A stretch of 64,000 nt of DNA, taken from the NCBI RefSeq assembly GCF_048593235.1, contig NC_133617.1, positions 60,597,767 to 60,661,766 on the forward strand. Direction: 5' to 3'. This DNA is from Sminthopsis crassicaudata (taxonomy: Eukaryota). The translations under genes were made by a program, and so were the position numbers. The notes under the pieces are model-generated. The model ran no database searches, was not told the DNA's origin, and worked only from the letters and a program-made list of their open reading frames with translations. Of the stretch, positions 50,349 through 63,227 are shown one piece after another (the stretch's first letter is position 1; each line of letters opens with the position of its first letter).

Positions 50349-50427
50349 ATGGGCCACCCCATCATGGCCTCGGCGACACCCTCCCCTCTGCCTCTGCCGC
50401 CACCACCGCCCACCGGAGCAGCAGCCG
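50349..50427 (+). CDS. WIZ: WIZ exon 3 (DGPPHHGLGDTLPSASAATTAHRSSS)
   Basis: ttacag|...|GTGAGT; 79 nt, phase 1 to 2, exactly bridging exon 2 and exon 4; resembles the recalled human DGQPHPGLSEALP...THRISS. Confidence 0.8.
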
Positions 50428-51566
50428 GTGAGTGCCAGGCTAGTCTGCTTATCACTTCCTGGGGGGATGGAATAGGGTGGGCTCCACGCCTGAGGACAGC
50501 CTCTTCCCCTTCCCTCCTGCCCCCACCCCTCTTTTCCCTTCCTAGCCTCAGATTGATCCCCTAGAGCCAGAAGGGCAGGAATAAATCTTTTCTGGTACAG
50601 GGGCACCTTAGATCAGGATGGTATTTGGTAGGCCAGACCAAAATAGAGTGCCCGAGGTAGGGGAGGGCATCTTTAAGAGGGGATTCAGGACAGATGCATC
50701 TGATCAGCTCAATTTATCTAAGCTTGTAGAGGAAGCAGTGGCGGGATCGATGGCCAAGTAATGTGCTCAGCTTGCAGTTTAATGTGTAACATAATTAAAT
50801 ACCTACTAGGTGTAAGGCCTTGTGCTGTGGGGACACAGTGTGCCTGGGCGGGGTGGGGGCAGTCTCCGTCCCCCAGGATGGCTTCAGATCCCCTAGCCTA
50901 GGAATAGCAGCATGGTGTAGTGGAAAGAGACCCGGGCCCACAATCAAGAAACAACTGAGTTATAATCCTGCCCAGACTCTTCGTAGCTGTGCAGTTATGG
51001 GCAACTCATATAACCTCTCAGCCTACTACATCTGCCATTGTACAACCTACCTCACAGGGTTGTTGTGAGGATAGTGCTTTGTAAGCCCTAGGGTGCTATG
51101 GGAGTTCTTTCTGCTATTGTTACTCTGCTGGAAAGTAGCTGTAGCTACCCTCCAGGAGCTTCCTCACTAATTAGCGGGGGCATGCAGTCTGTATGGTGAG
51201 GAGTGGAGAGAAGGCAGAGTGTGTGAAAGCCAGGGAGAGACCGGAGAGCATTTTAGGAAGAAGAAACCCTTCTCCAAGGAGAGGGGGGTCAGGGAATGCT
51301 TCCTGGAGGAGGGGGCACCCGAATCAGGGCCTGAGAAAGGGGTTGGGATTCGGGGGCAGGTTGGGCCTTGGACAGGGCTTCACAATAAGGAAGTCTAGCT
51401 CCTGTTTTCATGAGTGAGGAAACAGACACTGAGAAGAAGGTGATTTTCCCAAAGTCACATTGTGAGCAAAAGGCAGAATAGGATTTTAGCCCAAGTCCTG
51501 TGGCCATGGTGGTTCTCCTTCCAGTTCACCATGCAGTGGTGGTCTTCTTCCTGCCTCCCTTCCTCT

Positions 51567-51694
51567 NNNNNNNNNNNNNNNNNNNNNNNNNNNNNNNNNN
51601 NNNNNNNNNNNNNNNNNNNNNNNNNNNNNNNNNNNNNNNNNNNNNNNNNNNNNNNNNNNNNNNNNNNNNNNNNNNNNNNNNNNNNNNNNNNNNN
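51567..51694. other. Assembly gap inside a (CTTC)n-like tract
   Basis: 128 N. Confidence 0.99.
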
Positions 51695-52818
51695 CTCTCT
51701 TTTCCTTCCCTCTTTCCTTCCTTCCCACCTTCCCTCCTTTGTTTTCTTTCCTCCTTTTCTTTTCCTTCTTCCCTCCCTTTTATTTCTTCCTTTCCTCCTT
51801 TTCTCTTCCCTTCCTGCTTTCTTCCCTTTCCTTCTCTTCTTTCTTGACCTCTGAACTTCCTAATCATGCTTTGCAAGAGCTCATAATAAAATGGGCTTGG
51901 AATACCTAGGAGGAGAGGGCCCTGGGATGGAAGGGAAGCTGGAAACATACTTGTGCTATGGGGAAGCCACTTCTGGGGACAATGGAGAATTGCCTGCACA
52001 CTTTCAAGCATACCACCAGATCCAGACATGATGTAGGAAATTCCTTAGCTTTTGGCCCCTCTAGATGCTGCCCAAGGAGAGGAAAGTGAGGGAGGTGCTG
52101 GTGATACTGAGAAGCCTAGAGGCACAGTCTCAGGGGTGACAGATCCCAGTATATCCTGAGGCTAATTCATGTGGGACTTTGCATGCTGGGAATGATGCCC
52201 TCCCTATAAATAGATGCACCTGGTATAGCAGGACTAAGGGAAGCCTCTTTGGGCTCTAGCTGGGATGTATTTGTGGTGTTTGAGGAAGCACAATTGTCTC
52301 ATGGATTCCGGGTCTTGGGCATTCAGGCCCCAGCCCTGCCTTGCTAGACGCTAGAGAGTCAGAGACCCAGCCCAAGACTAGACTGCATCTGGGTGAGAGG
52401 GAACCAGGGACTGCCTTCTCCTCCCCTCAGGGGGCATGTTCTGTTCCTGCCTTTTTAGAAGGAAACCCAACCCTGGAAGTGATAAATGAGGATAATAAGA
52501 GGAGAGGGGGAAGCTGGAGCCCAGAGCTTCTGGGGCCTACTTCCCCTCCCAATGGAATCTCTCCTCTTCTAGCTCATTTGAAACACAGGGGCTGGATTCA
52601 CAGCTCCATTTACTACCTTGGATAACTCATTGTCCTCTCTGAACCTCAGTTTTTCCTCATCTGGAAAATGAAGAGGGTGAACCAGATGATCTCCAAAGTC
52701 TCTTCCAGTTCTCAATCCTATTGTCCCCTCCTTCCCCTTCCCCGATCCACTAGGGCAGCTCTTAGCCATACTGGCCTTAAATTAGATCAGCTCCTAACCT
52801 GTTGGTGATTCTTTGCAG

Positions 52819-55313
52819 CTACCGGGATGGAGGTGGTGCAGAATTCCCTCTGGGTTCACCACCGCTGCTGCTCCTGGGTCGGTTCCCCAGCCCTTCGGAT
52901 GGGAGGGGCAGCCGGGCACCGTGGGAACGCCCTTTCTGTGTGGACAGAGGGGCCGATGTCAGGGAGGAAAGCACTTTAGAGAGGCCATCCAGCTCCAGGG
53001 AAGCTGGGGCCCCATTCTGTTCCCAGGAGACCTCCTTTGTCAGCGAGTCCAAAGCTGTACATACTGTGAAAACTCACACTGAATTGGGAGGGGGGCCGGA
53101 GCTTCGAGGAGCTCCTGAGATTGCGGCTGAGTCCCCTGTTCCCTTGGGGTCCTGGGAGGACAGGCACCCCACTTCTGAACCAAAGCCCCTTGACACTTTC
53201 CACAGAGAGCACTTATCGAAGAACAAGAAGGGTATCCTGAGGTTTGATTGGTTCTCAGACCCTGATGAGCATGCCCACTATAGGGAAAAGGGCCAAGGCC
53301 TAGACAGTGGGGTCGGGCAGGCGATGCGAGCCCAGCCCCTAAGAGAGGCGGCTCCCCCCCTGGCCCTTCCAGGTTTCAGGAAAAGCCCTGCTCCTGGCTT
53401 AGGCAAAATCAGAACCCTGGAGGCAGCAGTGGTCACTGAGAGGAAGGGGCTGCTGACAGAGCCAGAGGTATCTGAAAGAAGTCCTCTTCCTGAGCCCCGT
53501 CCTGAGTGGGTCTTGCCCAGGCCAGGCCTTCAAACTGGTCCTGAACTGGCCATCAGTAAACAGACATGGACAGTGAATGAGGAAGACTCAGTGGAACGGC
53601 TGTCCCTAGAACCCCCGCCCTGTGGCCCATATGACATTGAAATGAGGCCCTACTTTTGTAACTTGGTAGAGGAGGCTGACAAGGAAGCACTGGGGCAGGA
53701 GGAAGACCCTGCTGTCTACACTTGTATTGAGTGCAGCATTTACTTCAAGAAGAAAGAACATCTCCTGGACCATATGATGCAGCATAGCCGAGGCCCTGGG
53801 CAGGACCCTATAGGTGACTCCCGAGGGGGACAGGGGCAGTTCTCTTGCAGTGAATGTGGCTGGGCATTTGGGGACCCTGGCACTCTGGAGCAGCATCGCC
53901 GGCTCCACCAGGAGTCTAGGGAGAAGATTATTGAGGAAATTCAGAAACTGAATGAATTCCCAGATGAAGGACGAGATGCTCGACTCCAGTGCCCCAAATG
54001 TGTGTTTGGCACCAATTCCTCCAAGATCTTTGTACAGCATGCCAAGATGCATGTCAGGGAGAGGAGGGACCAAGGAGCCAAGGGCCTGGGCCTCTCTTGC
54101 CACTCAGGAGGTGAGGCCCAGGACAGTCCTGGCCACCTTGCCTATAAACACTTCAGATCCAATGAGCCCCCATTAGCCCAGGGGCCACCCCTAGGGCTAG
54201 GAAAAGGCCTTCACAGCTGCATCCTCTGTGGTTTCCCAGCCCCAAATGAAAATGTTTTGAAGGAACATGTGAAGTATGCCCACTCTCACCAGCCTTGGGG
54301 GGGAGAGATTGAGGCTTTTGAAGATCTAGCCAGCCAGCCTGGAACCAGCCGTGACTCCTACAGCCCTGCTCGACTAGCCCGCATACCTGATGTGGACTAT
54401 TTTGGCAAAGCAGACCGGCTGTTTGCTCCAGCATGGCAGGAAGGCTCTGCTCACTATGATCCCACTCCTGCCTTTGCTCTGGGACATCAAAGGCTGGACA
54501 GGAGCAGTCGGGTAAAAAAAGGCTTTGCCACTGCTAGCTTCCATTCAAGAAAGATGCTTCCATACAGTTCCACCCATAAGTCCTTGGGAACATTGCCATT
54601 CTCCTCGGCCAAAGTTTATAATCCCTATACCTTGCATCCTAGTAAAAAAAAAAGTATGGCTCATCTGAAGGACCTGGAGAGTGATGTGGGTCGAGACTTC
54701 TTCACTGGGTGGGAGGAGCTCAGGCCCCCAGGGTCTTATACCAGTGACTTGGGAAACGTGGAAGAGGAGATGTCTTTAACCACTGAGATTGACTTTCCAC
54801 AGAACAGAAGCTTTAACCCTATCACCATCCCCCAACCTGCGTTGGAGCTCAAAAGGACTTTTCGAGAAGCCTTACAAAAGGCTGAGTCCTCAGAGGCACA
54901 GCAGCACCAGCTGCGGAAGATGGTCCCCATAGTCCTTGTGGAAGAGATGAATCTACAGCCTCCACGGGCTTTCCAAGCCCATGGTCGGCTGGCAAAGTCT
55001 CAGGGGGCTCCCTCTTCCACAGAGCTGATGCTGGATGGGCCTATCCCATTGGATTTGTTGCTGCTGGATTCCCCACTCGAAGGGCCCTTGGGAATTGATG
55101 ACCTCTTTGATTCAGACTCCCCCATGCTAAAGAATGAGGAGAGGAAGTGCCCTTACTGCCCAGACAGGTTTCACAATGGGATTGGCCTGGCTAACCATGT
55201 TCGGGGCCATTTGAACCGTGTAGGGGTGAGCTACAATGTCCGACACTTCATCTCTGCAGAGGAAGTAAAAGCAATCGAGCAAAAGTTCTCCTTCCAAAAG
55301 AAGAAGAAAAAAG
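52819..55313 (+). CDS. WIZ: WIZ exon 4 (2495 nt) with five widely spaced C2H2 zinc fingers
   Basis: ttgcag|...|GTAGT; phase 2 to 1; fingers CIEC...HMMQH, CSEC...HRRLH, CPKC...HAKMH, CILC...HVKYAH, CPYCPDRFHNGIGLANHVRGH; ends FSFQKKKKK. Confidence 0.97.
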
Positions 55314-56054
55314 GTAGTATGTAATCAATTTGAGAGTCTCCTAACTTAAAAACATGTATACAAAAACAAAAGTGGGGTTAATTGGCACTCTCCCTTCCAC
55401 GGAGATAGATAGGTATGTATATGCTGTCCAACTGGGAATGTGGTCCTACTCCAAGGCATGGGCCTGGGTGTGGCTCTAGACCTGGACAAAGGATCACTTG
55501 GAGAGGCAGGGACCCTTCAGGCCTCATCACTGGGGGGGAAGGGAACAGGAAGGAAGAGATTGGGCAGAGCAAATTTTCCATGTCTCATGTGCTAAGCCCC
55601 ACTCCCCCTTACCTGAACTAAGAGCTGGACAGGACCCCAGATAAAGGAGGAGTAAGGGGAATCTGCCCTTGGGTATCATGGGCAGAAAAACCAGTAGTCT
55701 TTGTTGCTGGCTTATCCATAACTACTCTAGTAAGAAGGAAGTCTTGAGAAAGGATTTGAAAGGGGATGAAGGGGGATGAAGGGAGAAGTATTGGCAGGGG
55801 GACCCAGCCAGCCTGCCTGGAACCAGCCATGATGCCTATAGCCCTACTCAGCTGGCCCTGTTTCCCAGTAGGGACTATTTGGGCAAGGGTGGGGTTAAAG
55901 AGGGTACAAAGGACTAGGAGGACAAGGGATCATGGAGAATGTGCACAGCTGAGTCCAAGAAAGAGGTGCCATTGGGCAGAATGGGAGGCAGACAGAGGCG
56001 GTTCAGGGCAAGGAGACCCCTATGTGACTGGCCATCTCGCTCTTCTCTCCACAG

Positions 56055-56417
56055 TTGCCAACTTTGACCCCAGCACATTCAGCTTGATGCGCTGTGAGTT
56101 CTGTGGAGCAGGCTTTGACACCCGAGCAGGCCTTTCTAGCCATGCCCGAGCTCACCTGCGTGACTTTGGCATTACCAACTGGGAGCTCACCATTTCACCT
56201 ATCAATATTCTCAAGGAGCTGCTGGCAGCATCGGCAGAGCGCCCTGTGTTGGTAGCCCCAGGCCCGGGGGAGCCTGGATCCCCAGGCTGTGAGAGGGAGA
56301 TGCTGGGCTTTGGCCCACCCAGCCTGATGACTTTGTCGGAATGCAGAGGACGGGGCTCACCACTCTCTCCATTTCCCCAAGCCTGGGGTGATGAGTTGGG
56401 GCCAATCTACCGAGATG
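56055..56417 (+). CDS. WIZ: WIZ exon 5 (VANFDPSTFSLMRCEFCGAGFDTRAGLSSHARAHLRDFG...)
   Basis: ccacag|...|GTAAG; 363 nt, phase 1 to 1; WIZ-type zinc finger. Confidence 0.97.
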
Positions 56418-58238
56418 GTAAGAGAAATCTTGAGTTTTTCATACAATAACATATATGACTCCTGCCTGGTTCCTGGGGAGAGGGGAGGGACCCTAAGTTC
56501 GTGGATTCCAAAAGGTTCCTGACTAGTTTTTTAGTCTGTAGTAGATGATTTCATGAAAGATGTGGCACAAGCCTAGAGATGAGACACCCTGGAAGGTTGA
56601 GAGTAGATTTTAGGAGTTTAGGTCCCTTATAACAACTCTTCTTTCTGCAAAGAGCTTTTCCTACATTTGACCCCATGGTCTCTCTTCTCTAGGTCATGTT
56701 CAATTGATCAACATCCTTAAATGCAGATGGCATTGGGCAGGGAATCCCTCTATGTTTAGCCCTGAATTTGATACTATTGGGGAGACATGCTCCTTCTTTC
56801 CCATTTAGTTTGGTTGGAGATTGGAAGTCAAGACAAGATTGGTTGTGGTCATGAGTCGTTAAGACTAAGGGCAATATAGATCCTGGAATGTACCTTTGTG
56901 CCATCTACTCATTTTTTATCATTCAGGATCAGAGAGATCGTAGAGCTTGTCCAGGGGTTGCAAAGGTGGTAATTAGCAGAGCAGTATGCAAACCAGTCTT
57001 TGGATGCCGAATCACTCTTTTCCAGTGGACTGTACTGATATGTACATAGGCTGATGAAGTTCAGGGATCCTCAGGGTCTTGAAGTATGGATATGGATATG
57101 GATATGGATAAGTGGAAGAGAAATTGTGGAGAACCTTGAATACCCCTGAATATTTGACTCAAGGGAGTGATATGATCAGCTGGATCTTAGTTGATTAGAC
57201 TAGTAGCCTGGGGAAGATGGGTTGAAATGGAAAAGGCTGTTGATTAATCTGTGTGAAGTGATTCCCTGCCTTAACTAGGCTGGGTATGGTGGGGATCTGC
57301 GACAGAAAAAAAAAATGAAAAAGTCCCTGAGCCCAGGAAAATGGTGGAGATGTTTATATCAGAGAGACCTGGAATGGGAAATTTGTTTTGGAATTTGGAA
57401 AAGAGTCCTTTATGAATTCAGAAAATTGTATATGGAATTAATCTCTGCTCTTCCCCATGCCAAGATGACTTTTTATTGCCTTATTCTCTTGGTGAAGATG
57501 CTATATCTCAATTCTTTGAGGTATCTGCAGGCATTTCTCTGGAAATAATCTCTGGGACCTCCTCTCTCTAGAGATAATCACTCAGTCCTGATTAGGCCCT
57601 TTCCAAGCCTACTTGTTTGTGGTGATGCCCAGACTACTCCTACTTTTATTTAGGGGATGCTTGGGTTGCTGATTTGGGAAGTCTAACCTTGTAACTGAGC
57701 CTTGGGGTAAGACCCACCCCAGCTTGGAAACTAGATGAGGAATCACAAAGTTGCTTTTCACAACTTTCAAGCACTAAAGCTACCCAAAGACTTGTGACTC
57801 AAGGGCACAGACCTGGAAGCTGCCTCCTCCACATGTGGGTTTGCCCTCTCCAAGCCCTGGAGATACAAAGAAAGGCTAAGAAACAAAAATAGTTTAAGCT
57901 TTCAGTGGAATGGAACCATCTTTCTACAGCTGTCCTTGGCCCATGAATGAGGGGGGACAGTTGTAGTGCAAGATATGTGACTGTCTGAGGAGCCTTGAGG
58001 TGCCCTCTAGTGAAGAGGCGATCTTAACAGTTTTGATATTGGGGACTCTTGTAGCAGTTTGGTGAAGTCTATGAAGGGACCCCTTCTCAGAATCATTGGT
58101 TCCCAGCATCCCTAAGTAAAGGAAATGCCAAATTTCAGTTAAAGATTAGTAAAAACAAAGATTTTTTTCCTTCTCAAGTTCATGATGAATCCCAGGTTAA
58201 GAAGCCTGTTCTTGAGGCACCTGAGTACCTGGCTGTCC

Positions 58239-58253
58239 AGCGCCACCTGCTGA
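58239..58253 (-). promoter_or_regulatory. Candidate CTCF site
   Basis: Minus strand TCAGCAGGTGGCGCT resembles the CTCF core. Confidence 0.4.
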
Positions 58254-58598
58254 TTCTGGGCAAACTGTATGGATGCTTGCCTGGCTTGGGGAATTAGCCT
58301 CAGGCCCATGGGGTATCACAGTATTTTAGAACTAGACCTTTAAAACCACCAAGGCCAACACCTTCATTTGTTCTAGCAGGAAGCTAAGCCCAGAGAGGGA
58401 GAGTGATTTTCCAAAGTCTCACAGATGGCAGGGCAGAGCTAGGATTAGAATGCAGCACCTCTAATTCCCATTTCCACTGGAAATTATGAGTAAACCTGAG
58501 GTCAATGTCTCTTCCTTGTGTAAAGTTACTGGAAGCTAGTTTTCACCCTACAGGACCCAGAAAATTCATTCCTGTGCTTTGAGTGCCCTTGAGCAGTT

Positions 58599-58734
58599 NN
58601 NNNNNNNNNNNNNNNNNNNNNNNNNNNNNNNNNNNNNNNNNNNNNNNNNNNNNNNNNNNNNNNNNNNNNNNNNNNNNNNNNNNNNNNNNNNNNNNNNNNN
58701 NNNNNNNNNNNNNNNNNNNNNNNNNNNNNNNNNN
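58599..58734. other. Assembly gap
   Basis: 136 N adjoining a SINE tail. Confidence 0.99.
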
Positions 58735-58861
58735 CTGGAGTTAAGTGACTTGCCCAGGATCACACAGCTAGGCTGTGTCAAGTGTTTGAGGCCAAATTTG
58801 AAACTCAGGTCCTCCTGACTTCAGGGCTGGTGCTCTATCCACTGCGCCACCTAGCTGCTCC
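58735..58861 (-). mobile_element. Young WSINE1-type SINE
   Basis: ttaagtgacttgcccaggatcacacagctagg...tatccactgcgccacctagctgc. Confidence 0.85.
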
Positions 58862-59929
58862 CCCTTCCCCTCCCCCCTCCATTTTTCTTTTTTGACAGGA
58901 CAGAATTTCCAGATCCTGGGTTCTGATCTTGGCTCTCCCACGAACCCCAATCTCAGTTTGTCCTCTCATAGCCAGAGTTGCCAATTCTATTGGAACTTGG
59001 TCAGGAGCAGAGTGGATTATCAGTCTCTGATAATCCCTTTTTTCCCCCTACCAGGGAAAGAACCAGTATCTCACTCTGTGGGGACCTGTGCTCTTTCTTT
59101 GGAGATTGATCATCATGTTGGTTTTTTTGGTGGTACTGGATTGGATTGGGTGTTTTTTCTCAGAGGCCTGAGCCCCGGTTCTTTCCACCACTCTATATGG
59201 CAGTCTTCCTTTATGGACATTGTCTCCTTAAGCTAAAGGATGGTGGCAACTTCCTTGGCTGAGAGCCTACTGCCAACCTCCAGGGGAGCCAGCTCACCTT
59301 TAGGCTGCGTCTTTTTACGTCATCTTCTCAAGTTCTACATGAAGAGAGGATGCATGGCTTCCCAGCGCACCATGAGTCTGCTTTAGGAGACTGATGCATT
59401 AGGATGCCAGGAGAGAATTTGGGGTCTGACTTTTAGACATTTTCTCATTGGACTTTTAGGGCAAAATTAGGGGCACTCAATGGGAAGTGTAAAGTGGTAG
59501 ATTGGTTGGTTGATTGCTGTCTTTTGTTCTAGAAGAGGACCAAAATGACATCGCTATATTAAGAGTAGAGTTATAGTGATCTGAATGTGGCTGATCAGAC
59601 CAATACCAGCTCGAATGCTCTGCCAGCTTGGGTACAAATAGTCTCTATGAACATATGGAGGGCGCTCTCTAACTTTGAGCATTTCAAGTTTTTCTGAACT
59701 AATTCAAATTCTGCTTTGCTCATAGAGCACACACCTTCTCTGAGATGAAGGCACATCATGCTGGGTGGTCCTGGGCCAGTGTACCCCATGTAGTACAATC
59801 AGAGCTCTTGAAAGTGTCCTTGTGCCACTTTTTCTGACCACCTTGTGAGCACTTGCCTGGTGGTGTTTCTCCATAAAATTATCGTTTTGGCAAGTATGCA
59901 TGCGTAGTGATAGAAAACCAAACCAGCCC

Positions 59930-61900
59930 AACAGACTTCCCAACAATTCGGCGGGGGAGCCAGCTCTCCCTCGGAAGGCCGGCCACGGGCTGGCGTGCTG
60001 CGTGGGGATTCTCCACGGTGGATTTTTGATGGGCCTGGCTTGGGATTCCACACTGGGGGGCCTCTTCCGGGGAGCTCTCCAGGGGCCTCGACGTGTCCGG
60101 AGGGGAGAGGAGTTGGCCGTCCTCGGGGACCTTGGAGCGGTGGCCAACTTCTTGGCTCTTTTTCCTTTTGTAGCGGAGTTGGACTGTACAGGATCACTTT
60201 CCGATTCTGTGCCTGAGGTCAGACTGTGGGAGAACTTTGGGCTTACGGCTCCACAACTGGAGCCCCAGGTTTTTTTTTTAATAACCATGTTACGGCAGAA
60301 TTGTTTTCCTCTGTACTCCAAAGTATTTTGTATTTTTTCCTGAGAAAGGGCCCGCGGGTTTGGAATTGGCAGAGGGTCCGTGGCCCCTACTGACGAAGGG
60401 GATCCGGAGGCGCTTGGGAGACGGGGCCTGGAGGTTGGAACCGAGAGGGCTCCGCCCCGAGTTCACAAGCATTCTATCTAAAGCACTGGGTTTGGCTTCT
60501 GGGAGGTCAGCCTGGGTTCAAATCCCGCTTGCTCCCAACTCCTGCCTTGGGATTTCGGTCTGTCACTTTTCTGCGGACCTCGCAGAGAATGGGGAGGTGG
60601 ACCAAGTGAATTCTAAGAAAGACTCTTTCCTCCAGAGGGAGGGCTGGGCTGGAAGGAGCCGCGTCTTCCAGACTGGGGGCAAGGCGGGGTGAAATAAGGT
60701 GGAAGGAAGAGAGAATGGCCCTCTGGCGTTCGCTTGCTCCTGGCTGGCGGCTAGCTCGGTGCTCGCTCTCTCGGGCCTGAGTTGTTCCGCGGGCTCCTCC
60801 CGTCCCAGCTACGGGTGTCCGGGCGTCGGGGCGGGGCCGGGAGGGGCGGGGCGGGGCGGGGCGGGGCGGAGGAGAGAGGGGGGGAGGAGGCCGGCGCTCN
60901 NNNNNNNNNNNNNNNNNNNNNNNNNNNNNNNNNNNNNNNNNNNNNNNNNNNNNNNNNNNNNNNNNNNNNNNNNNNNNNNNNNNNNNNNNNNNNNNNNNNN
61001 NNNNNNNNNNNNNNNNNNNNNNNNNNNNNNNNNNNNNNNNNNNNNGCGCGCGCGCCCGCGGGGGGGCCGCCCCCCGTCCCCTGTCCCCGTCCCCCGTCCC
61101 CTTCCCCGCCACCTACACCGCCGCCGACGCTGCTCCCCGCCACCGCCGCCCGCCGCTGCTGCCCGCCGCCGCCGAGAGACGGGCCCGAGCCGGGGCTGGG
61201 AGCTGGAGCGGGGAGCGGGATCGGGCCCGGGACCGGGGACCGGGACCGGGAGCCGCGCCGGGTGAGCAGGCCGTGCCGTGCTGCGCCTCGTGGGGATCCC
61301 GGGCCCTGGCCCGAGCCGGAGCAGGCGCCACGGGCCTCCCTTCCGGGAAGGCCTGGGAGGCCGCGAGGCCCGGCTCGAAGAGAGGGGAGCGGGGCCGGTT
61401 GGGGGAGGGAGAGAAGAGCTTGGGAAGCGCCCGGCTCTGTTAGTGCCCGGCCAGGGCCTGCGGAGGAGGCCGGGATAGCAGTTTGGGGGGGGGTTCTCAC
61501 CCGGGTTAGCCGCCTTGTCTTACTGGGGGAAACTGAGGTCGACGGTTCAGTCCCTAATTCTCCCTGCCCTCCAAAAAGAGAACCCCCCCCCCCCAGCCTT
61601 GTCATTTCTGCCTCCATCATACCAGCAGCGTGCTCAGGCCGAACCTTTCCTCCTCCCTTCGACTCCTCATCTGTAACATGAGGGAATTGTCCCGAGTCAT
61701 CTCTGAGTCTCTTTTCCGGCCCAGAGTTCGTCATTCTTGTCCTGGGGAACCCCACTGGGCCTTGGAGGGTCAGACTGCCCCGGGACGGGGTGGCTAACTT
61801 CGGTGGGGGAGGGCCACCCCGGCTCTGTCTGCCGCCTGTGGTGAGACGGGCCCAGAGCGGAGGAGGAGCGAGCTGTGTGCATTAGAGCCCGAGCCGGGAC
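59930..61900. promoter_or_regulatory. WIZ: Internal CpG island / alternative WIZ promoter (core about 60700-61500; N gap at 60900-61045)
   Basis: CpG-dense; stacked GGGGCGGGG boxes at 60827-60870; donor GG|GTGAGC at 61261/61262. Confidence 0.8.
61046..61261 (+). other. WIZ: Putative WIZ alternative first exon (1b); 5' end may lie in the gap
   Basis: GC-rich leader ending at a consensus donor; the next exon has a strong-context ATG at 63251. Confidence 0.55.
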
Positions 61901-63227
61901 ACAGAATTCCCGGCTCCAGATCGGACCTCTGCCCTTTTACTTTTGTGGTCTTGGGCAAGCCCCTTTTGTCTCCGGGAAGCTTATCAGCCTCGTTAAAAAA
62001 GGTTTGAATCTCCAAGCTTTTGGTTGTAAAATCATAGTTAAGGGCCAACTCTTTCTCCCAGAACCCACAGCATGTGCCCCGGCTTTCCCCTATCATCCTG
62101 GATATTCCTTTTCTCTGCCTCTCCTACTCCTTCCAGGTCCATCTTTGTGGCCTGACTGGTCGACTGATGGGATTGTCTACTGCAACTTTTCACAGCAGAT
62201 CCAACTAATGTTGGAGAGGCCCCTTCTTTTCTCAGGACTGCCTTCCTACCTCCTGGTCCCAGGCCACCTGAGGAACCCCATTGTCATGTCTCTACTGGAA
62301 GAGCCAGAAGTGGGTCTTCCCAGGTGAAATGGAATGAGGGAACAGACCCAGTGGGGAAAGCCCAGGCAGAGATGGAGGAGTATAACATTTTGGAATCAGC
62401 TGAGGTTGACCCTAGAGCTCTCTCAGTCTAATCCTGTGACTTTGGATAAGTCATTCTGTGGCTGTAGGCCTCAGCCTAAGTCATCTGTGAAAGGAGGAGG
62501 GTAGCAAAATAACCTTCAGTGAGTCCTTCCAGCTCTAAAGACTAAGTCCTCTCGTCATCAAGTCTCAAAACAGTTAGGTGCCCACGGTCACCTAGGTAAT
62601 GAGTAGTGGAGAGGAGACTTCCTATCTGGCTTCTTTAAATTCAGTGCCTTTTTTATCTTGATACTCATTTGAGCAAGTTATGCTGGAGTTGGCTTGAGAG
62701 AATTGAACGGATAGCTTGTTTTGGGTATGAAAAGATTTAGTTATTATGCGGTGTGTAGTCACTCTTGCATGACATTGACATCGTGTAAATCTGCAGCTTG
62801 AAGAGAGCATGGTTAAATGCAGAGTCCCTTATTTTTCTTTGGGTAAAAGCTTGATTGATAAGGATACCCAACTGCTTGGCTTCTTCCAGTTTAGAGCTTT
62901 TCATTGTATTTAGCCAGCTGCTCTCCAAACCCCAAGATCTTGCCTTTGTTGACTCCAGGGTATTTGGGGCAGACTGAGATTCTATGGAGATTGGATGAAG
63001 AGATCTAAATCTTTGAGGCTAGGACTATGGCCAACCCGTTCCTGCTTTGTCAGTCAGTATATGGATGCAGCCGGTATTGTGTATAGGCACCATGCGAAAA
63101 ACGAGGCTGTTGTGTGATGCATTGGTTATTGATTGTTTTCTGCCTCATGCTGGGGGGCTTCCTCTTCCTCTATTCAGCATGAATATATTTCTGTCTCTTT
63201 CTCTCCTCATGCTCCCACCCTGGACAG

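Noticed and set aside
55766-56054. 5' extension of exon 5 suggested by ORF 55766-56449
   Set aside because: A canonical acceptor exists at 56054, and the exon-4-like similarity in this intron lies in a different frame from that ORF.
60241-60250. Minus-strand donor-like GTAAGC suggesting an antisense lncRNA from the internal island
   Set aside because: A single hexamer with no supporting exon structure.
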